Positions 36,575 to 48,951 of a stretch of DNA of 52,227 nucleotides are shown here, one piece after another. Within the stretch, counting starts at the first letter, position 1; every line of letters starts with the position of its first letter. Under the pieces are notes generated by a model that saw nothing but the letters and a program-made list of their open reading frames with translations, searched no databases and was not told where the DNA came from. The DNA comes from Macrostomum lignano (Eukaryota). The position numbers were made by a program, and so were the translations under genes. The stretch covers positions 1-52,227 of the forward strand of contig NIVC01001455.1 of NCBI GenBank assembly GCA_002269645.1, read 5' to 3'.

Positions 36575-38337
36575 GCTGTCAATATATAGAATTAAATGGA
36601 GAGCTTAGAAATGACACTCAATGGGGCTGATATACACAGGTGCAAAGATGACGCAGAGCCCGCTACACTCAGCATCTCTAACTAGCCCTGTCGCTGTCAA
36701 TATATAGAATTAAATGGAGAGCTTAGAAATGACACTCAATGGGGCTGATATACACAGGTGCAAAGATGACGCAGAGCCCGCTACACTCAGCATCTCTAAC
36801 TAGCCCTGTCGCTGTCAATATATAGAATTAAATGGAGAGCTTAGAAATGACACTCAATGGGGCTGATATACGCAGGTGCAAAGATGACGCAGAGCCCGCT
36901 ACTCTCAGCATCTCTAACTAGCCCTGTCGCTGTCAATATATAGAATTAAATGGAGAGCTTAGAAATGACACTCAATGGGGCTGATATACACAGGTGCAAA
37001 GATGACGCAGAGCCCGCTACTCTCAGCATCTCTAACTAGCCCTGTCGCTGTCAATATATAGAATTAAATGGAGAGCTTAGAAATGACACTCAATGGGGCT
37101 GATATACACAGGTGCAAAGATGACGCAGAGCCCGCTACTCTCAGCATCTCTAACTAGCCCTGTCGCTGTCAATATATAGAATTAAATGGAGAGCTTAGAA
37201 ATGACACTCAATGGGGCTGATATACGCAGGTGCAAAGATGACGCAGAGCCCGCTACTCTCAGCATCTCTAACTAGCCCTGTCGCTGTCAATATATAGAAT
37301 TAAATGGAGAGCTTAGAAATGACACTCAATGGGGCTGATATACACAGGTGCAAAGATGACGCAGAGCCCGCTACTCTCAGCATCTCTAACTAGCCCTGTC
37401 GCTGTCAATATATAGAATTAAATGGAGAGCTTAGAAATGACACTCAATGGGGCTGATATACACAGGTGCAAAGATGACGCAGAGCCCGCTACTCTCAGCA
37501 TCTCTAACTAGCCCTGTCGCTGTCAATATATAGAATTAAATGGAGAGCTTAGAAATGACACTCAATGGAGCTGATATACACAGGTGCAAAGATGACGCAG
37601 AGCCCGCTACTCTCAGCATCTCTAACTAGCCCTGTCGCTGTCAATATATAGAATTAAATGGAGAGCTTAGAAATGACACTCAATGGGGCTGATATACACA
37701 GGTGCAAAGATGACGCAGAGCCCGCTACTCTCAGCATCTCTAACTAGCCCTGTCGCTGTCAATATATAGAATTAAATGGAGAGCTTAGAAATGACACTCA
37801 ATGGGGCTGATATACACAGGTGCAAAGATGACGCAGAGCCCGCTACTCTCAGCATCTCTAACTAGCCCTGTCGCTGTCAATATATAGAATTAAATGGAGA
37901 GCTTAGAAATGACACTCAATGGGGCTGATATACACAGGTGCAAAGATGACGCAGAGCCCGCTACTCTCAGCATCTCTAACTAGCCCTGTCGCTGTCAATA
38001 TATAGAATTAAATGGAGAGCTTAGAAATGACACTCAATGGGGCTGATATACACAGGTGCAAAGATGACGCAGAGCCCGCTACTCTCAGCATCTCTAACTA
38101 GCCCTGTCGCTGTCAATATATAGAATTAAATGGAGAGCTTAGAAATGACACTCAATGGGGCTGATATACACAGGTGCAAAGATGACGCAGAGCCCGCTAC
38201 TCTCAGCATCTCTAACTAGCCCTGTCGCTGTCAATATATAGAATTAAATGGAGAGCTTAGAAATGACACTCAATGGGGCTGATATACACAGGTGCAAAGA
38301 TGACGCAGAGCCCGCTACTCTCAGCATCTCTAACTAG
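36575..38337. repeat. 118-bp tandem repeat, 15 near-identical copies
   Basis: GCTGTCAAT at 36575, 36693, 36811 and onward; the last copy ends at ...TAACTAG (38337). Confidence 0.97.
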
Positions 38338-39006
38338 ATTGAAGGTGTGCCACCTTAGCAGGTCGAAGTGCATTAATTGCTCAATATTTCGAAATTATTT
38401 TTGATTTCTTTGAGTACAGTTTTGCAACACATAAAACCCTAAAAATGTTAAACTATTGTAAACTACTTAGATGCTACGTATTTTAGTTACATATGTCCTA
38501 TGTGACTAATTAATTATAATTTACCATTCATTAATTTTTTAATCACAAAGTTCTATTAAATAGACTCAAAAAATCAAACTGAGACACATGAATTAACATC
38601 ATATACTAAGGTCCAAGAAATAATACTCATAATAAATATCTTGGACATTTGGACTTACGAAAAATAATCTTGCAATTAACAACGAAATTAGTTAAAAAAA
38701 ATTTTCGCCGCTCCGATTCTGTTCACTGTAATTTGAAATGAGATTTTCCTAGAAATTCAGCATTTCAAATGTACAGTTTAACGCCCACAGGTACGTGAAA
38801 CCACCGGATGCGACTTTGCAGTGAAATGCTTTGCCATTTGATACAAGTTACCCAACATTAGGTAGCCTGATCATTTAGCTAAATCCATAATTAGGCACAG
38901 CAGCTTTCAAAACTCCGAAAAAACGAATTAATCAATAAATATGTAAACTATTATATGAGAAAAATACTGCCGTGTCTAAAACAAAAAGCGTCGAGCATTT
39001 AACTAA

Positions 39007-39100
39007 CCTCACACAGTGCAATGAGAATTAAAAACAAAGATATTTTTATGGAAACTTTACACCATTTTTTACACTGTAAATTTTTTTACACTGTGAAAGG
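39007..39100. mobile_element. Possible degenerate piggyBac-like MITE remnant
   Basis: CTAA|CCTCACACAGTGCAA ... TTACACTGTGAAAGG|TTAA: imperfect inverted ends with TTAA-like flanks. Confidence 0.3.
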
Positions 39101-39356
39101 TTAATCAATGCTACTCACACTTTTAGGGACTTTCACTGCACATTTTGTGGGCGGTGCTGCGCGCAATAATAGTTTCGCAAATTTGTATCAAAACCGCCAA
39201 ACGGCAAACATGCGCGCAGTACCCACTCAATAGAGTGTTCGTTTTTGGAAAGAATATTTAAATTGTAACTCGAGCAGACATTAGCTTTTTAAGTGCTTTG
39301 CTTATGAGAATTCAGCAGCCACTGCAACGCAAATTACGCAATTTATCGTAAATAAT

Positions 39357-42300
39357 TGGATGGTTGTTGACTGGACGTATGGTTGTGACTGGATTGTTGC
39401 TGACTGGATGGTTGCTGACTGGATGGACGGTTGCTGACTGGATGGTTGCTGACTGGACGTATGGTTGTGACTGGATTGTTGCTGACTGGAATGGTTGCTG
39501 ACTGGACGGATGGTTGCTGACTGGATGGTTGCTGACTGGACGTATGGTTGTGACTGGATTGTTGCTGACTGGATGGTTGCTAACTGGATGGACGGTTGCT
39601 CACTGGATGGCTGCTGACTCGATGGCTGCTGACTAGATGGCTGCTGACTGGATGGTTGCTGACTGGATGTATGGTTGTGACTGGATTGTTGCTGACTGGA
39701 TTGTTGCTGACTGGATGGACTGTTGTTGACTGGATGGTTGCTGACTGGATGGATGTTTGCTGACTGGATGGTTGCTGACTGGATGGTTGCTGACTGGATG
39801 GTCGCTGACTGGATGGTTGTTGACTGGATGGGTGCTGACTGGATGGATGGTTGCTGACTGGATGGATGTTTGCTGACTGGATGGCTGCTGACAGGATGGC
39901 TGCTGACTGGATGGTTGCTGACTGGACGGTTGCTGACTCGATGGATGGTTGCTGACTAGATGGTTGCTGCCTGGATGGTTTCCGACTGGATGGATGTTTG
40001 CTGACTGGATGGTTGCTGACTGGACGGATGGTTGTGACTGGATTGTTGCTGACTGGATGGACGGTTGCTGACTGGATGGTTGCTGACTGGATGGTTGCTG
40101 ACTGGATTGTTCCTGACTGGATTGTTGCTGACTGGACGGACGGTTGCTGACTGGATGGTTGCTGACTGGATGTATGGTTGTGACTGGATTGTTGCTGACT
40201 GGATTGTTGCTGACTGGATGGACGGTTGCTGACTGGATGGTTGCTGACTGGATGTATGGTTGTGACTGGATTGTTGCTGACTGGATGGATGGTTGCTGAC
40301 TGGATGGACTGTTGTTGACTGGATGGTTGCTGACTGGATGGATGTTTGCTGACTGGATGGTTGCTGACTGGATGGTTGCTGACTGGATGGTTGCTGACTG
40401 GATGGTCGCTGACTGGATGGTTGTTGACTGGATGGTTGCTGACTGGATGGACGGTTGTTGACTGGATGGTTGCTGACTGGATGGATGATTGCTGACTGGA
40501 TGGTTGCTGACTGGACGGTTGCTGACTGGATGGATGGTTGCTGACTGGATAGTTGCTGACTGGATGGACGGTTGCTGACTGGATTGTTGCTGACTGGATT
40601 GTTGCTGACTGGATGGACGGTTGCTGACTGGATGGTTGCTGACTGGATGTATGGTTGTGACTGGATTGTTGCTGACTGGATTGTTGCTGACTGGATTGTT
40701 GCTGACTGGATGATTGGTTGCTGACTTGATGGACTGTTGTTGACTGGATGGTTGCTGACTGGATGGATGTTTGCTGACTGGATGGTTGCTGACTGGATGG
40801 TTGCTGACTGGATGGTCGCTGACTGGATGGTTGTTGACTGGATGGGTGCTGACTGGATGGACGGTTGCTGACTGGATGGCTGCTGACTGGATGGCTGCTG
40901 ACAGGATGGCTGCTGACTGGATGGTTGCTGACTGGACGGATGGTTGCTGACTGGATGGTTGCTAACTGGATGGACGGTTGCTCACTGGATGGCTGCTGAC
41001 TCGATGGCTGCTGACTAGATGGCTGCTGACTGGATGGTTGCTGACTGGATGTATGGTTGTGACTGGATTGTTGCTGACTGGATTGTTGCTGACTGGATGG
41101 ACTGTTGTTGACTGGATGGTTGCTGACTGGATGGATGTTTGCTGACTGGATGGTTGCTGACTGGATGGTTGCTGACTGGATGGTCGCTGACTGGATGGTT
41201 GTTGACTGGATGGGTGCTGACTGGATGGATGGTTGCTGACTGGATGAATGTTTGCTGACTGGATGGCTGCTGACAGGATGGCTGCTGACAGGATGGTTGC
41301 TGACTGGACGGTTGCTGACTCGATGGATGGTTGCTGACTAGATGGTTGCTGCCTGGATGGTTTCCGACTGGATGGATGTTTGCTGACTGGATGGTTGCTG
41401 ACTGGACGGATGGTTGTGACTGGATTGTTGCTGACTGGATGGACGGTTGCTGACTGGATGGTTGCTGACTGGATGGTTGCTGACTGGATTGTTCCTGACT
41501 GGATTGTTGCTGACTGGATGGACGGTTGCTGACTGGATGGTTGCTGACTGGATGTATGGTTGTGACTGGATTGTTGCTGACTGGATTGTTGCTGACTGGA
41601 TGGACGGTTGCTGACTGGATGGTTGCTGACTGGATGTATGGTTGTGACTGGATTGTTGCTGACTGGATGGATGGTTGCTGACTGGATGGACTGTTGTTGA
41701 CTGGATGGTTGCTGACTGGATGGATGTTTGCTGACTGGATGGTTGCTGACTGGATGGTTGCTGACTGGATGGTTGCTGACTGGATGGTCGCTGACTGGAT
41801 GGTTGTTGACTGGATGGTTGCTGACTGGATGGACGGTTGTTGACTGGATGGTTGCTGACTGGATGGATGATTGCTGACTGGATGGTTGCTGACTGGACGG
41901 TTGCTGACTGGATGGATGGTTGCTGACTGGATAGTTGCTGACTGGATGGACGGTTGCTGACTGGATTGTTGCTGACTGGATTGTTGCTGACTGGATGGAC
42001 GGTTGCTGACTGGATGGTTGCTGACTGGATGTATGGTTGTGACTGGATTGTTGCTGACTGGATTGTTGCTGACTGGATTGTTGCTGACTGGATGATTGGT
42101 TGCTGACTTGATGGACTGTTGTTGACTGGATGGTTGCTGACTGGATGGATGTTTGCTGACTGGATGGTTGCTGACTGGATGGATGTTTGCTGACTGGATG
42201 GTTGCTGACTGGATGGTTGCTGACTGGATGGTCGCTGACTGGATGGTTGTTGACTGGATGGGTGCTGACTGGATGGATGGTTGCTGACTGGATGAATGTT

Positions 42301-45300
42301 TGCTGACTGGATGGCTGCTGACAGGATGGCTGCTGACTGGATGGTTGCTGACTGGACGGTTGCTGACTCGATGGATGGTTGCTGACTAGATGGTTGCTGC
42401 CTGGATGGTTTCCGACTGGATGGATGTTTGCTGACTGGATGGTTGCTGACTGGACGGATGGTTGTGACTGGATTGTTGCTGACTGGATGGACGGTTGCTG
42501 ACTGGATGGTTGCTGACTGGATGGTTGCTGACTGGATTGTTCCTGACTGGATTGTTGCTGACTGGATGGACGGTTGCTGACTGGATGGTTGCTGACTGGA
42601 TGTATGGTTGTGACTGGATTGTTGCTGACTGGATTGTTGCTGACTGGATGGACGGTTGCTGACTGGATGGTTGCTGACTGGATGTATGGTTGTGACTGGA
42701 TTGTTGCTGACTGGATGGATGGTTGCTGACTGGATGGACTGTTGTTGACTGGATGGTTGCTGACTGGATGGATGTTTGCTGACTGGATGGTTGCTGACTG
42801 GATGGTTGCTGACTGGATGGTTGCTGACTGGATGGTCGCTGACTGGATGGTTGTTGACTGGATGGTTGCTGACTGGATGGACGGTTGTTGACTGGATGGT
42901 TGCTGACTGGATGGATGATTGCTGACTGGATGGTTGCTGACTGGACGGTTGCTGACTGGATGGATGGTTGCTGACTGGATAGTTGCTGACTGGATGGACG
43001 GTTGCTGACTGGATTGTTGCTGACTGGATTGTTGCTGACTGGATGGACGGTTGCTGACTGGATGGTTGCTGACTGGATGTATGGTTGTGACTGGATTGTT
43101 GCTGACTGGATTGTTGCTGACTGGATTGTTGCTGACTGGATGATTGGTTGCTGACTTGATGGACTGTTGTTGACTGGATGGTTGCTGACTGGATGGATGT
43201 TTGCTGACTGGATGGTTGCTGACTGGATGGTTGCTGACTGGATGGTCGCTGACTGGATGGTTGTTGACTGGATGGGTGCTGACTGGATGGACGGTTGCTG
43301 ACTGGATGGCTGCTGACTGGATGGCTGCTGACAGGATGGCTGCTGACTGGATGGTTGCTGACTGGACGGATGGTTGCTGACTGGATGGTTGCTGACTGGA
43401 TGTATGGTTGTGACTGGATTGTTGCTGACTGGATGGATGGTTGCTGACTGGATGGACTGTTGTTGACTGGATGGTTGCTGACTGGATGGATGTTTGCTGA
43501 CTGGATGGACTGTTGTTGACTGGATGGTTGCTGACTGGATGGTTGCTGACTGGATGGTCGCTGACTGGATGGTTGTTGACTGGACGGTTGCTGACTGGAT
43601 GGATGGTTGCTGACTGGATAGTTGCTGACTGGATGGACGGTTGCTGACTGGATTGTTGCTGACTGGATTGTTGCTGACTGGATGGACGGTTGCTGACTGG
43701 ATGGTTGCTGACTGGATGTATGGTTGTGACTGGATTGTTGCTGACTGGATTGTTGCTGACTGGATTGTTGCTGACTGGATGATTGGTTGCTGACTTGATG
43801 GACTGTTGTTGACTGGATGGTTGCTGACTGGATGGATGTTTGCTGACTGGATGGTTGCTGACTGGATGGTTGCTGACTGGATGGTCGCTGACTGGATGGT
43901 TGTTGACTGGATGGGTGCTGACTGGATGGACGGTTGCTGACTGGATGGCTGCTGACTGGATGGCTGCTGACAGGATGGCTGCTGACTGGATGGTTGCTGA
44001 CTGGACGGATGGTTGCTGACTGGATGGTTGCTGACTGGATGTATGGTTGTGACTGGATTGTTGCTGACTGGATGGATGGTTGCTGACTGGATGGACTGTT
44101 GTTGACTGGATGGTTGCTGACTGGATGGATGTTTGCTGACTGGATGGACTGTTGTTGACTGGATGGTTGCTGACTGGATGGTTGCTGACTGGATGGTCGC
44201 TGACTGGATGGTTGTTGACTGGATGGGTGCTGACTGGATGGACGGTTGCTGACTGGATGGCTGCTGACTGGATGGCTGCTGACAGGATGGCTGCTGACTG
44301 GATGGTTGCTGACTGGACGGATGGTTGCTGACTGGATGGTTGCTGACTGGATGGTTGCTGACTGGATTGTTGCTGACTGGATGGATGGTTGCTGGACGAA
44401 TGGTTGCTGACTGGATGGTTGCTGACTGGATGGTTGCTGACTGGATGGTTGCTGAATGGATGGATGGTTGCTGACTGGATGGTTGCTGACTGGATGGTTG
44501 CTGACTGGACGTATGGTTGTGACTGGATGGTTGCCGACTGGATGGTCGCTGACTGGACGGATGATTGCTGACTGGACGGATGGTTGCTGACTGGACGGAT
44601 GGTTGCTGACTGGATGACTGCTGACTGGATGGTTGTGACTGGATGGTTGCTGACTGGATGATTGCTGACTGGATTGTTGCTGACTGGATGGACGGTTGCT
44701 GACTGGATGGCTGCTGACTGGACGGATGCTGACTGGATGGTTGCTGACTGGATGGTTGCTGACTGGATGGATGCTGACTGGACGAATGGTTGCTGACTGG
44801 ATGGATGTTTGCTGACTGGATGGTTGCTGACTGGATTGTTGCTGACTGGATGGATGGTTGCTGACGAATGGTTGCTGACTGGATGGTTGCTGACTGGATG
44901 GTTGCTGACTGGATGGTTGCTGACTGGATGGTTGCTGAATGGATGGATGGTTGCTGACTGGATGGTTGCTGACTGGATGGTTGCTGACTGGACGTATGGT
45001 TGTGACTGGATGGTTGCCGACTGGATGGTCGCTGACTGGACGGATGATTGCTGACTGGACGGATGGTTGCTGACTGGACGGATGGTTGCTGACTGGATGA
45101 CTGCTGACTGGATGGTTGTGACTGGATGGTTGCTGACTGGATGATTGCTGACTGGATTGTTGCTGACTGCGATGGACGGTTGCTGACTGGATGGCTGCTG
45201 ACTGGACGGATGCTGACTGATGGTTGCTGACTGGATGGTTGCTGACTGGATGGATGCTGACTGGACGAATGGTTGCTGACTGGATGGATGTTTGCTGACT

Positions 45301-45400
45301 GGATGGTTGCTGCGACTGGATGGTTGCTGACTGGATTGTTGCTGACTGACGGCTGCTGACTGGACGGATGCTGACTGGATGGATAGTTGCTGACTAAATA
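39357..45400. repeat. 6-kb satellite with a 15-bp core (GACTGGATGGTTGCT) and higher-order duplications
   Basis: The rare TTTCCGAC marker occurs at about 39982, 41364 and 42412 (offsets 1382 and 1048); a 483-bp duplication lies near 44389-45054. Confidence 0.97.
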
Positions 45401-45423
45401 GTTGCCGACTTTAGAATAGCAAG

Positions 45424-46830
45424 TTAGCGGCTATCAGAATTCGCGGATGAGCACATTCTCAGCAAACGCTTTGCTCATGCAACTGCGTCTGCACTTTTTG
45501 TGCAGAAAAAAGGCTCACGAAATTGTTGTAATCGCAACTTGATACTCGCAAATCTGCAAATGCACGAACTCTACTCACCGCAGTATAAATAATCCAGCTG
45601 GAATAGCTTTCCTGGCGCCTCCTTTGCTAAACGCCACGTACGCTTTTGGAATTGTAAGTCCTTGGCTCTTGTGAATCGTACTAGCCCAAGCCAATCGTAG
45701 TGGAAATTGTTGACGCGACAATTGGGCTCCTCCTTTAAACTTTTCATTCGTTACTGACAGAATTGGCACTACACGAATTGCACGATTATCTTGTACAATT
45801 GCCCCATTGCTGGGCCAGAATAATTGTCAAATTCAACCCAAATACAATCTGGCCAATCCTTTGGTGATTGCCTTCCAGGAGCGTAGCAAATTCCTCGTAC
45901 AGTTCCAACTGATCCATTCACAAGTCCATTGCGTACTGACAGATTTCTAGTTAGCATTACTCGAGCACCAATACACAAATAGAGTCGCTTCTCCAGATTC
46001 GTATCCGATTTTTATGTTCCTTCTTTTGCCACACAATTTTGCTTCGTCTCCTTTACAAATTGCGTTAATTTGCCGCACAGGATTCAATTCGGAAACCATC
46101 TTTCCCAATAGCATGTAGTTGCGATTTCTCACATCCTCGTTAGTGTGATATAAAAATATGTACACCCGCTTTGGAAACCTTCAGGCAAAAAGGTCGGGAG
46201 CATAGACGCGACAATTGTTCATCAACGAATTCCAGCAGGCTTCGTCGGCCTTGCCTTCGCGAAGTTTATCCAACAACTGGCGAATTCCGTATCGTTTGCT
46301 TGTCGGACTTGTTCTGTCAGATGCACAACCTTTTTGAACTCCATGTACAATTTATAGCCTTCAGATTTCAATATATCGTGCTTCTTTTGATTTGGATTGT
46401 AAACGTACAGTTGCGTGTCCAAAACTGAGGCAATTGAAACACGTCGCCAATTAGGATTACAGATCGACCACCAAACTCTGTTTACTGTGTTCTGGAAACA
46501 ATTCGCGCACAGAGCATCCACCTTACGGAGTAACCTTGGCCAAGCATGCTAAATTCGTCAATAAAAATGTAGCGCACATCTTTCCACTGCTCTGCATCTC
46601 CATTAGGGATTTCTTGCCAACACGCACTAAAATTTACATTCAATTTCAAAGCCGAGTGCAAAGTTTCGCCTGCAATATTGAAAGCGGCTACGCCTGTTTG
46701 ATGCCATAATTCTGCATCTTGATTCTCCAATCAACCGACGCAATGTAGAAATCAAGTAGCTTTTTCCAGTTCCAGCGCTACCATACAAAATTGCTTTGAG
46801 AGGCTCCGGCTTTTCGCCTTGGTTTTCTTC
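45424..46830 (-). pseudogene. PIF1-family helicase domain of RepHel (frameshifted)
   Basis: GSAGTGKS (Walker A), [75 protein letters not shown]. Confidence 0.92.
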
Positions 46831-47789
46831 GGCTAGTCTTGAAAGCTGCAAATGACTTTCAATTAGGTTGTACATTTCTCGCTGCCGACATTAAGCGATT
46901 CAACACTGTTTATCGGCATGTCAGCGACCTCTCTTGCGCCAAGTTTTAGGTCGCTACTTAAAAACGCCTTTGCTTCTCCAACCGTTGGAAACTGGCCGCC
47001 ACTAGCTGCGCTCCAGTCAAAATTTCTGGCGGCTTTGGCAATTGATCTTCTGGACAGGCCAATAGATTTCTCTCGCGATGAAGTGCCCCACATGCAACCA
47101 TCCAATCTTCTCTTGCTCTTCGTGCTCATAAGTTGGCTGAGCAGCAGATTGCGCATTTGCGTTGGTCATTTCGGGTAGCTCCGCAACTGCTTCGACTTCT
47201 TCGTCAGCTTCGTCGTTGCGCAAATCGTCCAAATTGGGCAGCTGCAGCTCGCATCGATTCTCAGCAGCATGCGCTTCGTACGCTTGCTGCCAGCTTGTGT
47301 GCAAACCTTTGGCTTCTCGCTCATTTCGCCAACAACTGTACAACAAAACCTGCTGCCGATAATAGCCTTCGCGTCTTTCGTCTGATTGCTCATTCGGTCG
47401 AAAAAATGGACTGATTAGCAAAACTACTTGTTTCGGCCTTTTTGTGCACCTCCCATTAGGGCTGAGACAGTAGTCGGAAAAGAAACGAAACATTGTTTAC
47501 ATTTTCCAAATTCTTTGCACGCTTTGAATACTTGTCGCAACTATTCCTGCAAACACCCTTTTCCTCCACTGCGCGGGTTTCGCCAGTCTGAACAAAAACA
47601 AATTCTCGCGAACCCTTGTACATTGACGTCTGCAATAGCAAATGCATTGCCTCTTGCGCCGAATAATCACGCGCTCCAACTTGCGCCATCAAGTGTTGTT
47701 GTACAACACGCCTTGCAGTGTTGCTACGCTGAAAATTGTTATCGGCATTCTGTTCTGCATTATCTTCCAACTCCTTATGAAGACGCTTT

Positions 47790-48951
47790 GTCAGCTCCGC
47801 CATATAATCCGACTCCTTTTCGCTTTTTCGCATACTTGATCAAATAGCGAATCAAATTCTTCACGACGAAATCATTTGAACATCGACATTGGCTCTCCAC
47901 ATGCACAGCAACTGCGGACTGTGAGAATCATTCGCTCGTCGTTGCGCTGCGTCTCAACTTGCCAATTTAAACGGGATACTCGCTTTGCAACAGTCTTTCC
48001 TGCGGCTCGCGCGGATACTTGAATCGGCACTCTTGTTTGCCTTTTACTGTTCGCAAGCACTTTTTACTGCAAATAGTGTGCCTCTCTGTCAAATGCGAAA
48101 TTAACTGCAAATCTTGCTTGTCATTTTCAATCTCTTCCGGTTTCAGTTGAGCTGGATGACCTTGACCTGCTAAACTGCCATTCAAAACTTGATTTCCATA
48201 ATCCGATTCGTCCATGGCCAAATTCCAACTACAGATGTACTTGTCAACAAAGCTCGTCAATTCTTCTGCATTCAATGTATTGATGTCACATCAACACCAT
48301 CTGGCATCCAAATGCAACCGTGAACGTGTGGACTTCCGCGACTCTGATATTCTATGCGAAACCAATAATCGTTTACTTTCCAGTGCTCGACCAAAAAACG
48401 TTTCAAACATGTTTCAAATCGCAACCAAAACACAGTGTCTGCCATTCCGGGATCTTTTGCAACTTTGACAACATTTCTGCTCTTAGTTCTACATTGCTTT
48501 CATATTGCTCTGCATCGATTCCCCAGGCATGCTGCAACTCTGGCCAATGTACATCTGCTGCCGATAGTGTCACGAAAAAATGAGGAACACCAAGCGTTCG
48601 AATCATGGCTTCCAATTGCCGTCCTTTACTCTGCCAATAAGCGCTTGTGCCTCGCAAATCTGATGCTCGAACTGACACGCTAGCCAATACTGCCGGGTCA
48701 TTTAGTGCTTCAATCATTTCCTTGGCACTTAATCCAGCATACTTGTTGTCGTGTACAAACACGCGACCAACTTCCAGCGCCCTCCAACGCATCACCATAT
48801 TTTCAATGTAAAATTTAAACCGCAAATCGGTACGAAATCTTGGACACCGGAATTGCATCAAATGCTTTGCATAGTCGCCCAAACTTAGTCCAAAATTACG
48901 TGGCGTACTATAATCTCCTGCTCCATCCGGAAAGAGATGAGGATAAGCCAT
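47790..48951 (-). pseudogene. HUH Rep domain of RepHel (frameshifted)
   Basis: MAYPHLFPDG, DLRGTSAYW, PHFFVTLSAADVHWPEL, EYQSRGSPHVHG (48352-48317), CRFKYP, WRANVDVQ, YLIKYAKK (about 47825-47848). Confidence 0.9.

Noticed and set aside
36575-38337. 5S rRNA cluster or CRISPR array
   Set aside because: The 118-bp length is coincidental with no 5S-like sequence; copies are head-to-tail with no unique spacers; the context is eukaryotic with no cas genes.
45000-45424. Helentron APE endonuclease domain
   Set aside because: Not present; the satellite begins right after the helicase end.
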